Assembly (NCBI RefSeq): GCF_006345805.1
Contig: NC_043006.1
Span: forward strand, 95,170,001 to 95,234,000
Length of the DNA stretch: 64,000 bases
Source: Octopus sinensis
Taxonomy: Eukaryota
Reading direction: 5' to 3'
The notes below the pieces were generated by a model that searched no databases, was not told where the DNA came from, and saw only the letters and a program-made list of their open reading frames with translations. Below are positions 60,117 to 64,000 of the stretch, piece after piece. Each line of letters starts with the position of its first letter. Positions within the stretch are counted from its first letter, which is position 1. The position numbers and the translations under genes were made by a program.

Positions 60117-61801
60117 TGTGTGTGTATATGCATGGTATGTGTGTATATGTGAGTACATTGTTTGTGTGTGTGTGCGGTATGTAGAGATATATTTGAGTGT
60201 GTACGCTATAGGTTTGTATTTTGTGTGTGTGGGTGTGTGTGTGTGAATTTTATATATATATGTGTGTGTATGTGTGTGAAAAAATATATGTATGTGCATG
60301 TATGTATGTATGTATATGTATATATATATATATATGTGTATATATATATGTGTGTGTGTATGTGTGTGTGTGTGTATATATTTTCATGTATATGTGTGTA
60401 TAAACATGTGCATTATTTGCATGCGCATTGTGTATATGTATATTGTATGTATGTGTATTGTTATGTATGTGTACAATTAAGTGTATATATGTGTGTATGT
60501 GTGCATTGTATATATGTATATTGTAAGTGTGCTTATATACATGAATACATGTATATACGTTGCGTGTATATATATGTATGCATTGTGTATGTATGTTATT
60601 GTGTGTGTGTCTATATATATTATATGTATGCGTACGTGTATGTGTATGCATTGTATGTATTATATTGTGTGTATATGTGGTATATCTATGTATGTGTATG
60701 TAACACTATTTATATGTATATATGTATATATGTATATGCATTGTCTATATATATATATATTATACGTATGTATTGCGTATGTATATTGCATGCATATATT
60801 GTGTATGTGTATTATATACATGCTGTGTATGTGTATTGTATGTGTATATATATGAGTTGTATTTGTGTGATATTTATATTATGTATATATGTGTGCGTGT
60901 GTTGTGTGTGTGTGTGGTGGTGTGTGTGGTGTGTTGTGTGTGTATGTTGTTATATATGTGTGTATATTATATATAAATACATGTTATATTTGTGTGCTGT
61001 GTGTATATATTATATATGCGGGGTGCGTTGTGTGTGTGTGTGTGTTGTGTGTATGTGGTGTGTGTGTGTGTATACTATGTGTGTGTGTGTATTGTTGTTG
61101 TGTGTGTGTGTATATATGTGTGTGACAAACAGACGCTGTCTGACCAGTAGGCACACGGACACATCTATTCACACCCGCATACTCACCTCCCAATAACCCC
61201 AAAATCACTGATGCTTGAAGGGGAAGTATAACCCAAACTGGGTACATATCTTTTTTCTCTCAATTCAACTTTTCTGCTAAAACAACAGGTCAGTAAAAAA
61301 CAAATTCTCGCCTTCGATTCAAAATATTCTGAGATGTCTAAAATATCCATTTTAATTTTCTCTCTGTCAATATTACAAGCTTTCTCACCAAACTATTACA
61401 CTTCCTTATGTCTTTAACATGTCCTTTCTACCAAAGACTGTATATATATACATGTAATGTGACAATTTGCGACAACCAATAATTAACGCAACCAAATTTC
61501 CAATAATATATTTGTTTTATTCTTTTCTGCCAATTTTTCCAAATTTCTCATCACACTATTGAACTTTTTTATACTATCTTTATACATGTAATGTGACAAT
61601 TATGTATAAAAAAAACATTTTTGAATTTAATATTCAATGTGCAATTGTAAAAAACTTTTTTTGAACCCATAATATTCAATGTTATTTTTGACATCTTTTA
61701 CCAAGAGTGAAACCGTTTAATAAATAAACATCGTTTAAATTGCATTTTCAAACCTTTTTATATATATCCCACTCGTGCGATACCCCCAACACATTTTATA
61801 T

Positions 61802-61835
<34 letters not shown>

Positions 61836-62019
61836 AAGCAAAGAGGTGATAATAAATTATATTAATCCGGTGTAATACTTCTTAAGTCCTCTGTAGATAA
61901 AATACACCGGAGAAATATTTGTGTGTGTGTGTGTGTGAAAGTGTGAGCTAAAGAAATATGAAAAGAGAAGACATTTGCACCCAATGTAGTGTCAATCACT
62001 GTTACTTTGATACCTTCAG

Positions 62020-62068
62020 AACTGGATTGGAAAATATTTAGATTATTAAGAAGTTTTCAACCGGATAT
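62020..62068 (+). CDS. Candidate internal exon (49 nt) of an unidentified host gene
   Basis: ttactttgataccttcag| ... |gtaagt; only one frame is open (xLDWKIFRLLRSFQPDx). Confidence 0.3.
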
Positions 62069-62409
62069 GTAAGTAAATAATGGCTATTTGTCCAAACACG
62101 GTTGATTAAAACTGAGCGAGAGTTTGGCAGTCAGGAAGTAGTCGTGAATTTATAGAATAGGGATTCGAATAATGATGTCAGTAACGGAATTAAGAATTTA
62201 GTTTTATGAAACCTGCAGTAAAATTCAGAAAACAAGTGCTAGGATTATTGAGCTATATCATGGAGTACTTACTGCATATTACTAAATGTTAGTAAAAATG
62301 TATGTGAAAATATACAAATTATAAATGTATAGATAAGGCTACGGTCAAAATTATTGCGAGATAGATTTACTACAATAAGGCAAGTGATAAAAATATAATT
62401 ATGATAAGG

Positions 62410-62600
62410 TAAAGATTATTTGCCAGCATAATGTGGTAGTCCCGGCTGGCATGAATGTTACTGTGGTTTTAGCCCCAGGAAGCATGGACGATGTTTCCTG
62501 GGGCTAAACAACAGTAACATTCATCTCAACCGGGACTGCTACATTATGTTGGCAAATAATCTTTAGTTTAAAGTAATGTTACTGTCTCTCGTTGAGAGAT
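62410..62600. mobile_element. Family-H tail with ~76-bp fold-back (62410-62485 / 62490-62565)
   Basis: Hairpin centred at the same position as the 48894 copy. Confidence 0.88.
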
Positions 62601-63654
62601 ATAGAAATAATAAAGTTCCTTCATAAATACGTTTTTTTTTTAAAGATTATTTTAGAATATTTGTGTATTTTTTAAATGTATACGCTATGTGTATTTAATA
62701 TATAAAAAATACAAGAACATTTTTTCATTCTTTTATAGACAAATCTATATGCCATGTCCCTTTGATTATATACACACCTGACTTGTTTTCTGAGCCTACG
62801 TCGAAATTGCCTTTATTTTGGTGAGATATTGATTTCGTTTAACATGTTGATTGCAATACAACAACAGAACACATATACTCTGCTATTTGTTTCCGCATTA
62901 CAATTTATGATTTCGTCATACCGTTGCAGAAAACCACTCGGAAAGGCGGTGTTTCTGCTTGTATAAATAACAAAAGTGTAGATAAAGCTGCAACTAGAAT
63001 TATTGCCGTATGAATTTACTAGAATAATGATTGCAATAAAAATACTGGTATGATAGAAGGTATACGTTAATACAATTGTAATCTATTTACTCATAGAGAT
63101 GAATATCAAATTTAGTGTTTCATCTAAAATAGTATAAAATAGTGAGAAACTGAATTGTTCTGGCCATAAGTAGATTATATTTATGAACTGACGAAAAGTA
63201 ATTAAATAGAAATATATAATTAACGCTTGACTAGTACTAGTGGAAAATTACACATTCTCGAAGAGCTTATAGTAAAAGACGATCTTACAATAAAGTTAAT
63301 AAGACAGTGTAGTTATATGAAAATCAATAATAATAAATAAATACGAGACGAGTCAAGTTTTCAGGAAGAATTAAGACTTGGAATCAAGCTAGTAAATCTT
63401 ATATAATGCTTGAAATATAGCCAGCAGTGTGTTAGAAATAGTGTGCATAACATCACATTCGGTATACATAAATTAGATATTAACAGTTACTATTTTATAT
63501 CGAAAGTGTAGAAAGGTAGGTTATGGAACATAAGTTTATAAATATTCATGTCTTAATATTCAAAACAAGTAATATAATCGACAAACTTGAAACATTATGG
63601 AAGAGAGAAATATTGACTTTTTTATCGTTGAACAGAAGAAAAATCGCAAAGATA

Positions 63655-63831
63655 ATAGTGATGATGATGATGATGATGAGGATGATGATGATGATGATGA
63701 TGACGACGATGATGACGACGACGACGATGATGATGATGATGATGATGATGATGGTGTGGTAGTGGTGGTGGTGGTGGTGGTGGTGGTGGTGATGATGATG
63801 GTCATGATGATCATGATGATGGTGGTGGTGG

Positions 63832-63867
<36 letters not shown>

Positions 63868-63889
63868 CGACGATGATGACGACGACGAC

Positions 63890-63920
<31 letters not shown>

Positions 63921-64000
63921 GTGTGGTAGTGGTGGTGGTGGTGGTGGTGGTGATGATGATGGTCATGATGATCATGATGATGGTGGTGGTGGTGATGATG
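63655..64000. repeat. (GAT)n/(GGT)n/(GAC)n array with a ~167-bp higher-order duplication
   Basis: The block gtgtggtagtggtgg...atggtcatgatgatcatg occurs twice. Confidence 0.9.

Larger units (their letters stand above)
57435..61759 (+). mobile_element. Truncated PLE with ~1.95-kb inverted arms (57435-59378 / 59812-61759) around an endonuclease fragment
   Basis: The arms are reverse complements; the 433-bp spacer encodes GIY-YIG; an HHR motif lies near each outer end. Confidence 0.85.

Noticed and set aside
4744-61247. Many Y/I/C/V/H/T-rich ORFs in the track, including the 344-aa ORF at 60162-61196
   Set aside because: They are translations of (TA)n, (CA)n and (TG)n tracts that lack stops in some frames; no domain content.

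Overview
AT-rich, microsatellite-saturated eukaryotic DNA. The SINE and retroelement families look like Octopus (cephalopod); this assignment is recognition from memory, not a database search. No intact host gene, rRNA, true tRNA gene or CRISPR array is visible, and most entries in the ORF track are translations of (TA)n/(CA)n repeats. The window is a mosaic of mobile elements: a near-complete CR1-like LINE inserted in (TA)n (10427-13812), three older CR1-like remnants, L1/Tx1-like remnants, a Tc1 fragment, two non-autonomous Helitron-like elements, many tRNA-derived SINEs and several Penelope-like element (PLE) GIY-YIG fragments. The main unannotated structure is about 25 type I hammerhead-ribozyme (HHR) motifs, found by eye, in about nine distinct pseudo-LTR (pLTR) families. 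Many sit in back-to-back fold-back palindromes whose tails end in microsatellites. Their catalytic cores show all three pairings at the 3-8 position (C3-G8, U3-A8, G3-C8) plus U4C and A6U variants, and several inversion or tandem junctions map to HHR stem III or the cleavage site. All ribozyme folds and coordinates were worked out by hand and are untested; coordinates may be off by a few bases.
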